Assembly: GCA_000004985.1 (NCBI GenBank) | Contig: GG738847.1 | From: Naegleria gruberi | Taxonomy: Eukaryota | Length of the DNA stretch: 64,000 nucleotides | Reading direction: 5' to 3' (one strand) | Shown: piece after piece, positions 1-11,266 of the stretch | Numbering within the stretch: position 1 is the first letter of the stretch | Layout of the letters: every line of letters starts with the position of its first letter | The notes under the pieces: generated by a model | What the model was told of the DNA's origin: nothing | What the model saw: the letters and a program-made list of their open reading frames with translations, nothing else | The model's database searches: none | Program-made: the position numbers and the translations under genes

Positions 1-48
1 ATTAATTTTCGGAATGATGATGTAAAAAGATTTTCAACAGCTGTTGCC

Positions 49-636
49 TTGATGAATACAATTGATCCTCCACAATTGTTCTTCAAACTTTTAAATCACA
101 TTCTCTTAAAAAAGCTCTCCTCTGAAAATCAATCATTTTCCAGTCTTGAAAAAGAACGTTTATTAGAAACATTCCCAATGATTAAGAATGACAAACTCTT
201 AGTATTATTAATTGATGGTTGTAGCTATGTTTTTGAACAAGCTCTCTATAATGCTTTAAATCCAGAAAAATTATTCCAAGAATTGACTGAATCACAAAGT
301 GGTATTTCTGAAACACATGCTCAAGCTTTTCAAGAAGCTTGGAGAGTGAAAGGAAGAGAATATATGAATACTGCTAAGGAACACACTCTTGGAGGACCAG
401 TTGTTTTGGAAAACTTTGATTGGCGTTTACAAATGCAAATTTCTGAATCAGATCTCTCCAAAATGAAGATACCTAATGTCTTGTTTGAATTCACAACACT
501 TGACTATCAAAATAAGAATACTGAAACAATGAAACCAAAAGAGGAAAATATTGTGGTGGAATTTACTAAAGAAGAATTGTATGGATTCTTTACAAAACTT
601 GAAGCTATTCAAAATCAATTGGATAAGATTAGTTAA
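49..636 (+). CDS. COMM domain-containing protein (COMMD-like)
   Basis: 195-aa ORF. C-terminal ~70 aa (LENFDWRLQMQISESDLSKMKIPNVLFEFTTL...IVVEFTKEELYGFFTKLEAIQNQLDKI) fits the COMM domain pattern DW+l-v-l-sS...p-l-leL...v-fe-t-eeL-...L. AT-rich 5' flank. Confidence 0.5.
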   Translation: MMNTIDPPQLFFKLLNHILLKKLSSENQSFSSLEKERLLETFPMIKNDKLLVLLIDGCSYVFEQALYNALNPEKLFQELTESQSGISETHAQAFQEAWRVKGREYMNTAKEHTLGGPVVLENFDWRLQMQISESDLSKMKIPNVLFEFTTLDYQNKNTETMKPKEENIVVEFTKEELYGFFTKLEAIQNQLDKIS

Positions 637-858
637 ATATCTTTTGTTGTGTATTATAGAAAACTATTTAAAACTATTGAAATTGTATTAAAAAAAATTA
701 TGTCTTTCAATTATTTTGATTTTTTAATCGTAGATGATACCCTATGAACCTTATTATCATTCTATGGACAATTTTAAATGTATTGAAACATAATGTATTA
801 ACAAAATTTAATAAATATTAAATATTAAATGTTAAAAATAAAAATAATTTAAAAAAAA

Positions 859-2274
859 ATGAAGTCAAAGCTTATTCAGAAAATTTCATCAACAAACTTT
901 GATCTTGGAGCCTGTGCAGCCTTCCACAATCTCTTCACCGTTCATCACTTTAGTAATGAGAAGAATAAATTGGAAATTTTCGCAATTTTTGAAGAAAACA
1001 AAGCGGAAGAACAAGATAAGAAGGATTCAAGCCTTGGTGATGGTCAAGAACAACAACAAAATCCAACTCTATCGGGAGGATTAGAAGTTAAAACACCAGG
1101 AATGACCTTTCAGAAATTACGTGAATTGGATGAAGTTAAATTATTTTGTATTGTGCCTCTTTCTACTCTTTTCGAGGAGAGAAATTTGGTGATTTGTATT
1201 ATGAATGATAATTCAAAGAAATTAGTTTATATTAGTAGAGGTATTAAATCAACAAGTGAATATAATGTAAAGGATGTGGAAGATCAAATTCCTTCAACTA
1301 TTACTGATTTGCTTGATTCTGAGTGTTTGATGAGTTCTTGCTCTTCGGGATACTTTAGTTTTTATTCACCACAACATAATTTATTACAAATTATTAGAAT
1401 TAGTATGGCTAATCAAGGTTTGGTATTTGATAAGATTGCAGATATTGACATTTTCTCAAAGAAGGCCTATAGCTTACAATTAACACATTCTCATGTTGTG
1501 CTTGGACAATTGAATTCTATTCAACTTTGTGATTGGAGATATCAACAAATTAAGCAAAATAATAGTGACAACTCTAATTCAAATCTTAGAACAACAGGAA
1601 GAATTATTTATTTGCCAAAGGTTACTAAAACCACAAAGAAGAAGGCAAAGCAAGGAATTACCACAGAAAAGAATGGCTTACTAGTTCCAAAGAAAGAGGG
1701 AGAATCAGCAACAGCTGCAACCACATCAACAACAAGTGAATCAACAACAAATACTCAACCATCAACAACAAGTGAAAAACCTATTCTTGTTGAAGAGACT
1801 ATTTCAACAATTAGTAAGCAAAGAGATGAAAAAGTTAAGGATGTAAAGAGTTTGAGCAATAACTCATTCATCATATTATCAAGCTTGGGTAATTTATACT
1901 TATTGAACTGTCTCATGCCAAATGAGGGAGATGTTTTCGTCAAGCTTTCTCTTCCAATTACCAATGAAAAGCTCTCAAAGATCACTAGTTTTGATGTCTT
2001 ATCAACACAATTGGAACCACTTTATAATCCATCCTTATCAGGACTTTTGGTATTGGCTTTTGAAAATTCAGACACTATTGTTGTTACATCATTGAAACCA
2101 ATTTATTCATATTTACAAACCAAACAATCACAACCAAAGGAGCCATCTGTAATTGATATTGGAATTGACAATACGATTTTTAGCACTGACATTATCCATG
2201 GTCTTTGCTTGTCTGCTGTTAACAATCTAGTTGTTTCAGACAAAAAAGAAATATTAATGTATCAAATAATTTAA
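859..2274 (+). CDS. hypothetical protein with S/T/N-rich central linker
   Basis: 471-aa uninterrupted ORF preceded by a very AT-rich intergenic region. No recognisable domain. Low-complexity T/S tract (TAATTSTTSESTTNTQPSTTSEK). Its 3' end overlaps by 4 nt the 3' end of the convergent amidase gene. Confidence 0.4.
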   Translation: MKSKLIQKISSTNFDLGACAAFHNLFTVHHFSNEKNKLEIFAIFEENKAEEQDKKDSSLGDGQEQQQNPTLSGGLEVKTPGMTFQKLRELDEVKLFCIVPLSTLFEERNLVICIMNDNSKKLVYISRGIKSTSEYNVKDVEDQIPSTITDLLDSECLMSSCSSGYFSFYSPQHNLLQIIRISMANQGLVFDKIADIDIFSKKAYSLQLTHSHVVLGQLNSIQLCDWRYQQIKQNNSDNSNSNLRTTGRIIYLPKVTKTTKKKAKQGITTEKNGLLVPKKEGESATAATTSTTSESTTNTQPSTTSEKPILVEETISTISKQRDEKVKDVKSLSNNSFIILSSLGNLYLLNCLMPNEGDVFVKLSLPITNEKLSKITSFDVLSTQLEPLYNPSLSGLLVLAFENSDTIVVTSLKPIYSYLQTKQSQPKEPSVIDIGIDNTIFSTDIIHGLCLSAVNNLVVSDKKEILMYQII

Positions 2275-3800
2275 GCAAGTTTAACTTTCTCTAAAACAGT
2301 GGCACCTTCGAGACATGATTGTTCACTCAAAGCAATTAATTGTAAACCAATCTTTGATTTGGAACCCTCCTTATTTGGATCATTAATTTCAATAGGCACA
2401 GATATTGCTGGCACACCTGCTAAACTGCTTGGAACGGTAAAGATATCATTAACAAACATTTCCACAGGTGACATCTTTGTAAATAAATCTCTATCAATAG
2501 CTGGGGTAGGTGTGCAAGGCGTTAATAAATAATCAATTCCTTGATCTTGTAAAACTTGATAAAAATCGTTAGCAATTAATCTTCTGGTTTGTTGGGCCTT
2601 CTTGAAGAAGGTATCATACTTATCTACTGAAAGGGCAAAATTACCAGAAACAATTCTTCTCAAAACTTCATTTCCAAAACCTTCGCTTCTATTTTGTAAA
2701 TAATATGCAAGTAAATCTTGATTCTTTGAGACCTTATTACCATATCTCAAACCATCATATCTAGATAAATTGGAAGAAGCCTCAGCTGTTGCAATAACAT
2801 AATAAGTAGAGAGAGCTTCTTTTGAGTGTGGTAAGGAAACATATTCAACTTGAGCTCCAGTTTGATCTTGTATCCATTTAATAGTTTCTTCCCAAACTTT
2901 AACAATATTATCATTCAATTCATCAACGAAATATTCAACAGGAATACCAATCTTGACATTCTTGAGTATTCCCTTATTATATTCATTATCAATTGAATCC
3001 AATTTAGATAAATCCACAGGTGAAACATTGAGTTTTGTAGTTGGATCATTTTGATCATTTCCACTAAGAGTATTAAAAACAATTGCACTTTCCCTGACAG
3101 TCTTTGAGAAAATTCCACAAGTATCAAGAGAAGATCCATAAGAAATCATACCATATCTACTGCATGAACCATAGGATGGTTTAAACCCAACAACTCCACA
3201 ATATGATGCAGGTAAACGAACACTACCACCTGTATCAGTACCTAAAGAGCTATATAATTATATACTAATTAATAAATGAATTTAACATTAAATCACATAC
3301 AAGAAACAACTTTCCTCAGCAACACAAGCAGCACTACCTCCTGAACTTCCTCCAGCAATTTTCTTTTCATCGAGTGGATTTCTAGTTTCTCCAAAAGCTC
3401 CAAAAATTGTACCACTTCCCATAGCAAACTCATCCATATTTGTTTTTCCAATCATGACAGCACCTACATCTTCCAATCGTTTTACTACAGTAGCTGTGTA
3501 TGGTGGAATGTAATCCTTAAGAATATTACTAGCCATTGTTGTTTGAATTCCTTGCGTACAGAAAGCATCCTTCACAGCAAAAGGAACACCTTTAAGTGGA
3601 TGTTCTGGTTTTTCATGTGATTCATCCAACTTTTTCTTGGCATACTCTGGACATGTTCTAATGTAGGCATTAAATTTATTTTCCGAAGCCTTGTTCAAAC
3701 AATAATTCAAAACTCCTTCTCCGTTTTTAAAAGATGATGAAGCCTTTGCTTTAGAAAAACAGAGGGAAAGCAATTTGGATGCTTCTTGTGGTGATGGCAT
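2271..3800 (-). CDS. Glu-tRNA(Gln) amidotransferase subunit A-like amidase (amidase signature family), 2 exons
   Basis: Two minus-strand ORFs joined by a 51-nt intron (plus coords 3250..3300, donor GTATGT, acceptor TATATAG). The spliced frame reads ...[45 protein letters not shown]. GatA hallmarks present: [55 protein letters not shown] = complement(join(2271..3249,3301..3800)), 1479 nt. Confidence 0.75.
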
Positions 3801-3865
3801 TTTTTTTAAATTACTTAAGTAAACATTTTTTATTAATTATTTAAATTATTTAATATTTAGGAATA

Positions 3866-6424
3866 TTAATTAGCAATGGAAGGTGTGGAGCTAGTATTTG
3901 AACGGTAAGTTGATTTAAAATTTGGAATTGAAAGAAATCTTCTCTTGATCCAATCTGTGAGTTGATCGTAATTTTCAAATTGATTTTTCATTCCACACTG
4001 GGTCATTACTTGATTCCATTCCTCAATGGAGAGCAAATCAATTAATTTGGTGAGAGAATCAATTGCAGATAGCCTCCATTCAGTTCTATATTGATCCCTA
4101 ATTGTGGCATTGTATTTGGAACGAATAGTTTTAAGAACGAGATGCATGGTATTGATTCGTTCCTGGATTGACATTTCACAATTTTCAAATTGGTACTTGA
4201 CATATAATTTAACATGAGAGATGTTTCCACTTTCCAATAGAGAAATGATTACTCTCAAATAATAGTATCTTCTGAGAGAATTATTTCTGGAATAGGCACC
4301 AGAAACAAATTCTAGCAAATCATCAATTTGTCTCAATCTTGGTTTGATAGCATAATTTTGAATTAATATTCTCAAATCTAATCGACATGTATCAGATGCT
4401 ATGAGTTTGGATTGTTTGTTTTGTAAAAAGTGTGGAATGCTGGAATCAGAAGAAGAAAGAAAAGATTCTTCATCCATTGACCTAGTTCCATACCTTAAAT
4501 GCCTAGCTGTAGATTGTGGCATGTACCAATCGGCCTTGCTTGTCTTACTCTTCGATTGTTCTTCATTGAGTTTTCCCATAACACTGTAACTTGTCAGTAT
4601 GTATTTGTCAAATGATCTCTCCATTTGTATAACCAGATATTCAAAAATCATGGTTTGGGTTGAAATATTCTTCTCTTTAGTAGTGTCAAATAGAGGATTT
4701 TCATGTAAATTCTTCTTCCAATCAATTAGAGAAGATTGATTATTCTTCTCAAATGCTTTGATAGACTCAAGAAGTGGAATATTAGTTGCTTTGAAAGTGG
4801 TTGGTATATTATCAGTTCCAATATTAACTGTATGATCTATTGTCATCATGGTGTTCCATATAAAATCGTGATAAATTTTCCATACAATATTGAGGAATGG
4901 TATATCAAATACGAGTGGCTCTCGAATGATTCTGTCACATATTTTAATAGCATCTTCATACTTGGCATTATTAGCCAAGTAGGTAAGAATGATGGTGAGA
5001 GTAGAGACATTAATTTGTACACCATTTTCCTCAAATTTAGTCAAAGTTTTTAGTGCATCTGCTTCTTTGCCATGTTTTAACTGTAAATTCAAAAATATAT
5101 TTAAAATTCTAGTACTACATTTGATATTTAACTTGTTAAGGAATATGTCAAACAGAGTCGATACTTGTTCATAGGTCATTAAACTAGATGCCTTTGACTC
5201 GGATCTGAATAGGTCTCTAATATTTATAGGTGAAATAATATGAACATAATTACTCTTATTAGTTATGTTTTCTTGAATAATATCAATTAGTATCCTCAAA
5301 TGGTCTGGCTTATTAGATTCCGACAGATAATAAATTAATAAATTAAAACACCTTTGGGATGGTCTCTTAATGAGCTTGTATACCTCATAAACTTGATCAT
5401 AGTATTTACACTCCCCAAATATTGTCAATAATTTGTGTGCAATCTCATAAACATGCGAATTGCTAAAGAAATGTGACTCAGTATGATCATTTGCCAAACA
5501 AGTAATAAATGGAAGAATTAATCTATCACTTTCTTGCTTTACCAAAAGATAGGCCGTTTCATATTTTCTTCCTTCAATTAAAAGTTCCAAAATAATATCC
5601 AGTGAATAAATATCCATAATATAATAATCACTATTAGACATTCCAACAACAAATGATAAACATTGTTGCATGGATGAATCATTGGTAAAATCATCCTGTC
5701 TGAAAATATCCAACAAGAGTTGAAGGGAAGGAGCAGAAGGTGAAGAATTTCCTTCATTATTATTAACAGCTTCAAACAGTCTTTTTCCATATTCTTCCTT
5801 CATTGAATTAATAGATAATCTCACAAGAAATGATATTCCTTTTTGAGTGATTGGATCACAAATATTTTTCTTATTCCATGAATTATCCTTTGTGTAATCT
5901 TTCAGAAATATTAAAATCTTTTGAATTTTTAAATATTCTTTGGTTTGATCAAAATGGCAAAGAAGAGTATCACAAATCTTGGCAATTGACAATACTGTAT
6001 ATTTTTCCGAGTTTTCATCATGTTCTTCATATATGAAATCAAATAGATCCTTCCCTTTTTCTAATAAAAACAATGCTTTGTGATAGTTTCCTCGATCCAA
6101 TTGTTCAAAAATTGGATTAAAATTATTAGCAATTTGTGTTAATTTTTTTAAATTAATTGCCATATCATTTGATAAATTAGTATTAGATGAAATTATTTTC
6201 AATGATTTCCTAGATGTTGAATGATTAAATTTCTTTGATGTTGAAATAATAACCTCCTCATGTAGTTTAATTCTGTTTCTTTTCTTTTTTTCTTCCACAT
6301 TTTGTGTAAATGATGATTCCTCATGATATGTAAATCCGCTTCCGAAGGAGGAACTATATTTTCTATATCCTGTTGGGGTCACAGAAAATGTCTTGTGTAG
6401 AAAAGGAAGAAGCTGTTTTTTCAT
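3866..6424 (-). CDS. large alpha-helical repeat protein, possibly a mitochondrial PPR/TPR-like RNA-metabolism factor
   Basis: 852-aa ORF. Basic, acid-poor N-terminus (MKKQLLPFLHKTFSVTPTGYRKYSSS). Body made of degenerate ~35-aa helical repeats (e.g. ILNIFLNLQLKHGKEADALKTLTKFEENGVQINVSTLTIILTYLANNAKYEDAIKICDRII). The product assignment is inference only. Confidence 0.4.
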   Translation of the reverse strand: MKKQLLPFLHKTFSVTPTGYRKYSSSFGSGFTYHEESSFTQNVEEKKKRNRIKLHEEVIISTSKKFNHSTSRKSLKIISSNTNLSNDMAINLKKLTQIANNFNPIFEQLDRGNYHKALFLLEKGKDLFDFIYEEHDENSEKYTVLSIAKICDTLLCHFDQTKEYLKIQKILIFLKDYTKDNSWNKKNICDPITQKGISFLVRLSINSMKEEYGKRLFEAVNNNEGNSSPSAPSLQLLLDIFRQDDFTNDSSMQQCLSFVVGMSNSDYYIMDIYSLDIILELLIEGRKYETAYLLVKQESDRLILPFITCLANDHTESHFFSNSHVYEIAHKLLTIFGECKYYDQVYEVYKLIKRPSQRCFNLLIYYLSESNKPDHLRILIDIIQENITNKSNYVHIISPINIRDLFRSESKASSLMTYEQVSTLFDIFLNKLNIKCSTRILNIFLNLQLKHGKEADALKTLTKFEENGVQINVSTLTIILTYLANNAKYEDAIKICDRIIREPLVFDIPFLNIVWKIYHDFIWNTMMTIDHTVNIGTDNIPTTFKATNIPLLESIKAFEKNNQSSLIDWKKNLHENPLFDTTKEKNISTQTMIFEYLVIQMERSFDKYILTSYSVMGKLNEEQSKSKTSKADWYMPQSTARHLRYGTRSMDEESFLSSSDSSIPHFLQNKQSKLIASDTCRLDLRILIQNYAIKPRLRQIDDLLEFVSGAYSRNNSLRRYYYLRVIISLLESGNISHVKLYVKYQFENCEMSIQERINTMHLVLKTIRSKYNATIRDQYRTEWRLSAIDSLTKLIDLLSIEEWNQVMTQCGMKNQFENYDQLTDWIKRRFLSIPNFKSTYRSNTSSTPSIAN

Positions 6425-6579
6425 TTTTTTAGAATGCTATTCTTTCAAGAAATTTCTTTGTTGCATTTAATGAGTTTCTTTTATTGAACAAAATTTCTAC
6501 AAGATATTCTGATCACAAAATAACTCGACCTAGGTTTTCTACAGTTCACAGCAAACATTTAGCCGTTTCATTGATTTAT

Positions 6580-7806
6580 CTAATCAACACGACCATAAAC
6601 TCTTCCATAAGCTTTCCTTAAATCTTGGTATCTTTGTTTTAGTTCCTGTTCCTTACTTCTTGAAACTACATTAGTTCTTTCAACTGGTGCTTCCTTTTTA
6701 GGTGGTGCACTCCTTTGAGGTGGATAATCTGACTCGGAATCACTCTCCTCTTTCTTATAGGAATCTACCACTGATCGTTTTGAAGAGTGGTTCTTTTGAG
6801 ATGATTTTGGTTTTTCTTCCAACATTTCATTCTCTGATTCTGTTGATAAAAATTCAGTAGAGTGGGTTTCCTTCCTGAAAACTGGAGAATTGATGGCAGT
6901 TCTCTTTGAAAGAACTACTAATTGAGGTTGCTCTCCCTCTGTATCAGAGGACGACGCGGATGACATTACAATTCTATCCCTCGATCTTTCCCTCGAGTCT
7001 GGTTCTTCCTCAGGTTCTGGCTTCTGTGAAGCAAGATCTTTGAACTTTTTCTGGAGGTATGCAGTCTTCCTTCTGTATCTTTCTTGAATGTCTCTAAGCT
7101 CGGTTAATCTCTCCTCGAATATCTTCAGTTTTGTTTCATGAAGTGTAAAAAGCTCCTCTATTGACTTTTTTTGAGAACTAACATTTTCTTCAATGTTGTC
7201 CACTCTGTGTCTTAATGAACTGTACTTTTTGGCCTGGGTTGTTACTTGTAAATCCATTTCCTTCATCATTTCTTCAACAGAAACAATTTTCTTTTCTATA
7301 GCATGGTTTTTGCTCTTTTGCTGGTCGTACAATAATTGATACTTGTTGAAGAGTGTCTCGTACTTTTTCAATTGTTCTTGATATTGACTTGTTGTTGAAG
7401 AGGACCTCATTGGAATACTCTCGGCATTGTTGTTACTATTACTGGAAGCTGTTTTTGAAACATTATGGGATGACGAAGAAGGTCTGGGTATTGTTACAGT
7501 GTTTGTCCTAGATGGTGTTTGTTGAGAATTACTGCTCAATGATTTACGAACGGGAGAGCTTGATTTTGATCTTTTAGGTTTCTTCTTTGTCGTATTTCTA
7601 GATGATGATTTGTTGTTTTCATTTCTTTGAGCCATTGTCTGATTGTACCTAGCACTGGATGAAAAAGTTGGTTGTGTGAGTCTTGATTGCTGTTGTTGCT
7701 GTTGTTGTTTGGTCGATGATGAGTGAGTGGTTGTCGATGGAACTGCTGCATTCAGTAAGGGAGATGAGTATGCCTTACCGCCCATCAACACACTCTTTGT
7801 TTTCAT
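6580..7806 (-). CDS. hypothetical Ser-rich coiled-coil protein
   Basis: 408-aa ORF. poly-Q (QQQQQQQQ). Long S/T/N-rich N-terminal half. Heptad-like central region (EELFTLHETKLKIFEERLTELRDIQERYRRKTAYLQKKFKDL). Acidic S-rich C-terminus. Confidence 0.5.
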   Translation of the reverse strand: MKTKSVLMGGKAYSSPLLNAAVPSTTTHSSSTKQQQQQQQSRLTQPTFSSSARYNQTMAQRNENNKSSSRNTTKKKPKRSKSSSPVRKSLSSNSQQTPSRTNTVTIPRPSSSSHNVSKTASSNSNNNAESIPMRSSSTTSQYQEQLKKYETLFNKYQLLYDQQKSKNHAIEKKIVSVEEMMKEMDLQVTTQAKKYSSLRHRVDNIEENVSSQKKSIEELFTLHETKLKIFEERLTELRDIQERYRRKTAYLQKKFKDLASQKPEPEEEPDSRERSRDRIVMSSASSSDTEGEQPQLVVLSKRTAINSPVFRKETHSTEFLSTESENEMLEEKPKSSQKNHSSKRSVVDSYKKEESDSESDYPPQRSAPPKKEAPVERTNVVSRSKEQELKQRYQDLRKAYGRVYGRVD

Positions 7807-8070
7807 TTTTTTATGCTTTTGAAAATTGTTTTTTGAGCGGGAAAAGTGTTACAGTGGCGCCACAAAATTTTGATGGGTTGCTGAGGTTTCTAATGACCAT
7901 CATCATTGAAGTTTTTTCAGAAAGGAATGTATTATTTTGAATTAAACTAATGATACATCATACGTTATTCTTTTGGAAATTTGTTGTTAATGGCAAATGG
8001 ATTGAAAGTGTAGTTGAAGAGATTGAAGGCATTATGACGTGCTGATTGCAAAATAACAATCAAATAAAAC

Positions 8071-9627
8071 ATGTCTATTCGATTGAGTGGACGTTGGAAT
8101 AGTGAATTATTGAATTTGCATCTACAACAATCTCAACCTAATTCTCGGAATGATCAATCCAATAATTTGGGAAGAGTTATAAATTTGAAACATGCTTTGA
8201 ATGGAAGAAACATCAAGGATATTTCCTTGGGAGTGTATCATATGCTAATATTGACAGGTTTGTAGTTCTCCATTGATTTCAAAGTGGTTAATTGAACAAC
8301 ATGACAGACCAAGATGATATTCTGGTGGCAGGTACTAGTTTACCAATTAATGAAAAAAGTTTCCAACTCGTCCAAATTCAAGATCCAAAGAATGAGAGTA
8401 ATATTTATTTTCCCATTTATAAATTTACTCCCTCACTCTCGTCCTCACAAACACTATTTCAATCTCCACAAATAGCATGCGGTCCAGAATTCTGTATCTT
8501 TACCCAATCAGTTAAGGAAGGTAAAAATTATAGGCATTACCTTAATTTGTTTGGGTGGGATAGTAAGAAAGTATTCGATTCTCGTAGGAATACTACTAGA
8601 AACTCCCTTACAGATATTTTGCAAGGATTACTTCTCAAAAATATGATAACAGAGGAAATTCCAACAACATGTGAAGGAGATACAATTAGTCAAATAGTGT
8701 GTGGTGGAGACTTTTGGATGATTGTCATGAATAGGAAGAAGATATTCGGAAAGGTATGTTGTTGAATTTGATAAATAATATCACAACTATTCAAAGGGAT
8801 ACAATAGAGATGGTGTGCTTGGGTTAGGACACAAGAATGATTGTAAGAAAATTACAATCCTCCCTTCACAAGACATGTTCCAATGCGAGTATGATACAAT
8901 TAAGAAGGTTTCTTGTGGGCTTCACCATGCAATATTTGTCATTTCTAACCTGTTAAATTCCTCAATTCAAGTATTTACCAGTGGTGACAATAGATTTGGT
9001 CAACTTGCACATAATAATAGCAAGTTCCAAACCAAATTTTCCAAGAGTGAATCTCTAACCAATCTCATTCAGACAAACGGATTTAGAGATGTTTGTTGTG
9101 AATATCAATCTACATGGTTATTAACATCAAATAATAAGTTGTTTGCCTGTGGTCTTTTAAGTTACTCTTCGACCAATCAGTCAGTTCTACGTAAGGTACT
9201 CGTTCCTATTGAATTTAAAGTTCCATACTCGAGCTCATTGTTGTCCAATGGTTTATCTCCAAAAACATCATTTCACTTTGGATGTGGAGGATTCCATTCT
9301 GTTTTCTCCAATCATCGAAGTGATTCAATAGTAGGTATTGGAACTAACACGTGTGAGCAGCTCTTCCCTCACCAAAGTACTACAATCCAAGAGCATCAGA
9401 AGAATACTCCACCAAGTACAGTTGGAATGACAGTTGCAGTGAGCAAGCTAACTTCCATGCAACAAGAAAATAGTCCAGAGAAAATGATATTGAAGAAGAT
9501 ATTATGCTCTCGTGACTGTTCGTTCATGGTATTTGAACCATTACCTGCTATCCAGGGATTGCATGAATATTTAATCAAATCCAATAGAAAACTATCCGAT
9601 GTAGTGTTGATTACTTCCTCTTGCTGA
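8071..9627 (+). CDS. RCC1-repeat (regulator of chromosome condensation-like) protein, 3 exons
   Basis: Three ORF fragments joined by a 50-nt intron (8258..8307, donor GTTTGT) and a 43-nt intron (8754..8796, donor GTATGT, acceptor TTCAAAG). CDS = join(8071..8257,8308..8753,8797..9627), 1464 nt. RCC1 blade motifs: ALNGRNIKDISLGVYHMLILTG, IVCGGDFWMIVMNRKKIFGKGYNRDGVLGLGHKND, VSCGLHHAIFV, VFTSGDNRFGQLAHNN, FGCGGFHSVF. Confidence 0.6.
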
Positions 9628-10137
9628 GATGATGGTGATATTATTAATAAAAGCAATTCCACAGAAAATCCATCAAAATTATTATAGTTTTGATAAATAC
9701 TTGCTAGTGATAACAAGAATTAAATAATAGGATCAGAAATCTGTCTTGAACACAGAGGTTTGTTTTCATGGTTAAGTTACCGATCAACAACACGGACCAA
9801 TAAATTATCATCATCAACTTTCATTATTGGCATAACTCGTGGTAAAGATGCAATGTTGAGTTAAATTTTTTATTTTGGTTTTGAAAATATTCCAATTTAT
9901 CAAATTAATCAGCTCATCACACACCAAGAACAATTAATTTCAACTGAATATTAGCACTTCATCACAATTAATCATAAACAACAATATTGATGATTTGTAT
10001 TTTAGAAATTTTATGTTTAATAAATATTTATTTTGAAAAAGCTTAGGAACTATAAAGTTCGGTTTACAATGAGAATGCTCCACTACTAATGGAACAAATT
10101 ATATATTTACAAGAATCGCAAATTACCATTATCTAAT

Positions 10138-10554
10138 TTATGTTCTTTCACCTCTAATTCTCTTGGCCAATTGCATATCCTTTTGCATGATAGTAACTCT
10201 CTTGGCGTGAATAGCACACAAGTTAGTATCTTCAAAGAGGGAAACAAGGTAGGCTTCGGAAGCTTCTTGGAGAGCCAAGACAGCATTAGATTGGAAACGC
10301 AAGTCAGACTTGTAGTCTTGAGCAATTTCTCTGACCAATCTTTGGAATGGCAACTTTCTAATCAACAATTCAGTAGACTTTTGATACTTTCTGATTTCTC
10401 TCAAAGCAACAGTACCTGGCTTATATCTGTGTGGCTTCTTCAAACCACCAGTTGATGGTTGTTTGGCAGACTTTCTAGCAGCTTTAGAGGCCAATTGTTT
10501 TCTTGGTGCTTTACCACCTGTAGACTTTCTGGCAGTTTGTTTGGTTCTAGCCAT
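10138..10554 (-). CDS. histone H3
   Basis: [138 protein letters not shown], 138 aa, ending in TAA. ATG at 10552..10554 on the minus strand. The longer listed ORF (to 10827) is an in-frame read-through of the 5' leader. No 3' histone stem-loop downstream. Confidence 0.95.
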   Translation of the reverse strand: MARTKQTARKSTGGKAPRKQLASKAARKSAKQPSTGGLKKPHRYKPGTVALREIRKYQKSTELLIRKLPFQRLVREIAQDYKSDLRFQSNAVLALQEASEAYLVSLFEDTNLCAIHAKRVTIMQKDMQLAKRIRGERT

Positions 10555-11193
10555 GTTGTTGTATTTTTTTCGGTTAGTTGTTCTATGATCTGGAAAGTAG
10601 AACGGAAAGGTAGCATTTATGAGGTGGTAAGATTTTCGACTTTCATGTAACGGTTTTGCAGGGCATTTTTCGTCATTAGAGTTTTCGAGCCGCTTTTCTT
10701 TCCAAGCGCAAGTGGATGCGCATTTTTGGTAGTTGTTACAATAAAATTTCTGACCAATCGTTTCAATAGAGACTGTTGTAAAGCGATTAACAATTATTTT
10801 CGTCATTTGAACATTTGGAGCCATCACAAAAATTTGTCATTACCCATTAGAATGCTCCTTCAATCGTGACCATGATGTGTTTTCACATCAAGTTGGACAA
10901 TATTCATCATCTCTTGAATATTTTCATGGAATTTAATATCTAATTATCATAACACCACAGTGTTGGATCGGAAAGTTCTTGGTCTCAACAAATAAGAAAG
11001 CCCTTCATTCACACTCACTTTAGGAGCATATAATAATGTGAAGATTCTCCAAACCAACTTTCTGTGAAGACAATTTTCATTGTATAATCTTCTCTTCTAT
11101 CGTTTCAAACAGGAGAAGAGGTTAAGTCCTTTTTTGTGTAACCCTAGTATTATACACGTAATATGATGAGCAAATTTTCATTGTGAATGTGAA

Positions 11194-11266
11194 GGGGATG
11201 TAGCTCACATGGTAGAGCGCTTCTTTAGCATGGAAGAGGTACGGGGATCGATACCCCGCATCTCCA
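11194..11266 (+). tRNA. tRNA-Ala (anticodon AGC)
   Basis: 73-nt cloverleaf GGGGATGTAGCTCACATGGTAGAGCGCTTCTTTAGCATGGAAGAGGTACGGGGATCGATACCCCGCATCTCCA. Acceptor stem GGGGATG/CATCTCC contains the G3:U70 wobble pair, the Ala identity element. Anticodon loop CTTTAGCAT. Internal A box (TAGCTCACATGG) and B box (GGGATCGATACC). No CCA encoded. Confidence 0.9.

Noticed and set aside
4401-5174. Several 60-105-aa ORFs on the plus strand inside 3866..6424
   Set aside because: They are antisense to a long, continuous minus-strand ORF and consist of AT-rich codon noise. The same applies to the many short antisense ORFs within the ABC transporter and dynein genes.
2271-6424. Attribution of the genome to an anaerobic gut fungus (hydrogenosome-bearing) or to Dictyostelium on the basis of AT-richness and N/Q-rich proteins
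   Set aside because: Presence of a mitoribosomal protein, ISD11, a mitochondrial-type pseudouridine synthase and a GatA-like amidase implies a genome-bearing mitochondrion. An axonemal dynein heavy chain excludes non-flagellated Dictyostelium.
10555-10827. N-terminal extension of the histone H3 ORF (229-aa version starting MMAPNVQ...)
   Set aside because: H3 invariably begins MARTKQ. The upstream in-frame stretch is Cys/Asn-rich with no histone character, and its DNA reads as a 5' leader. The ATG at 10552..10554 is the start.
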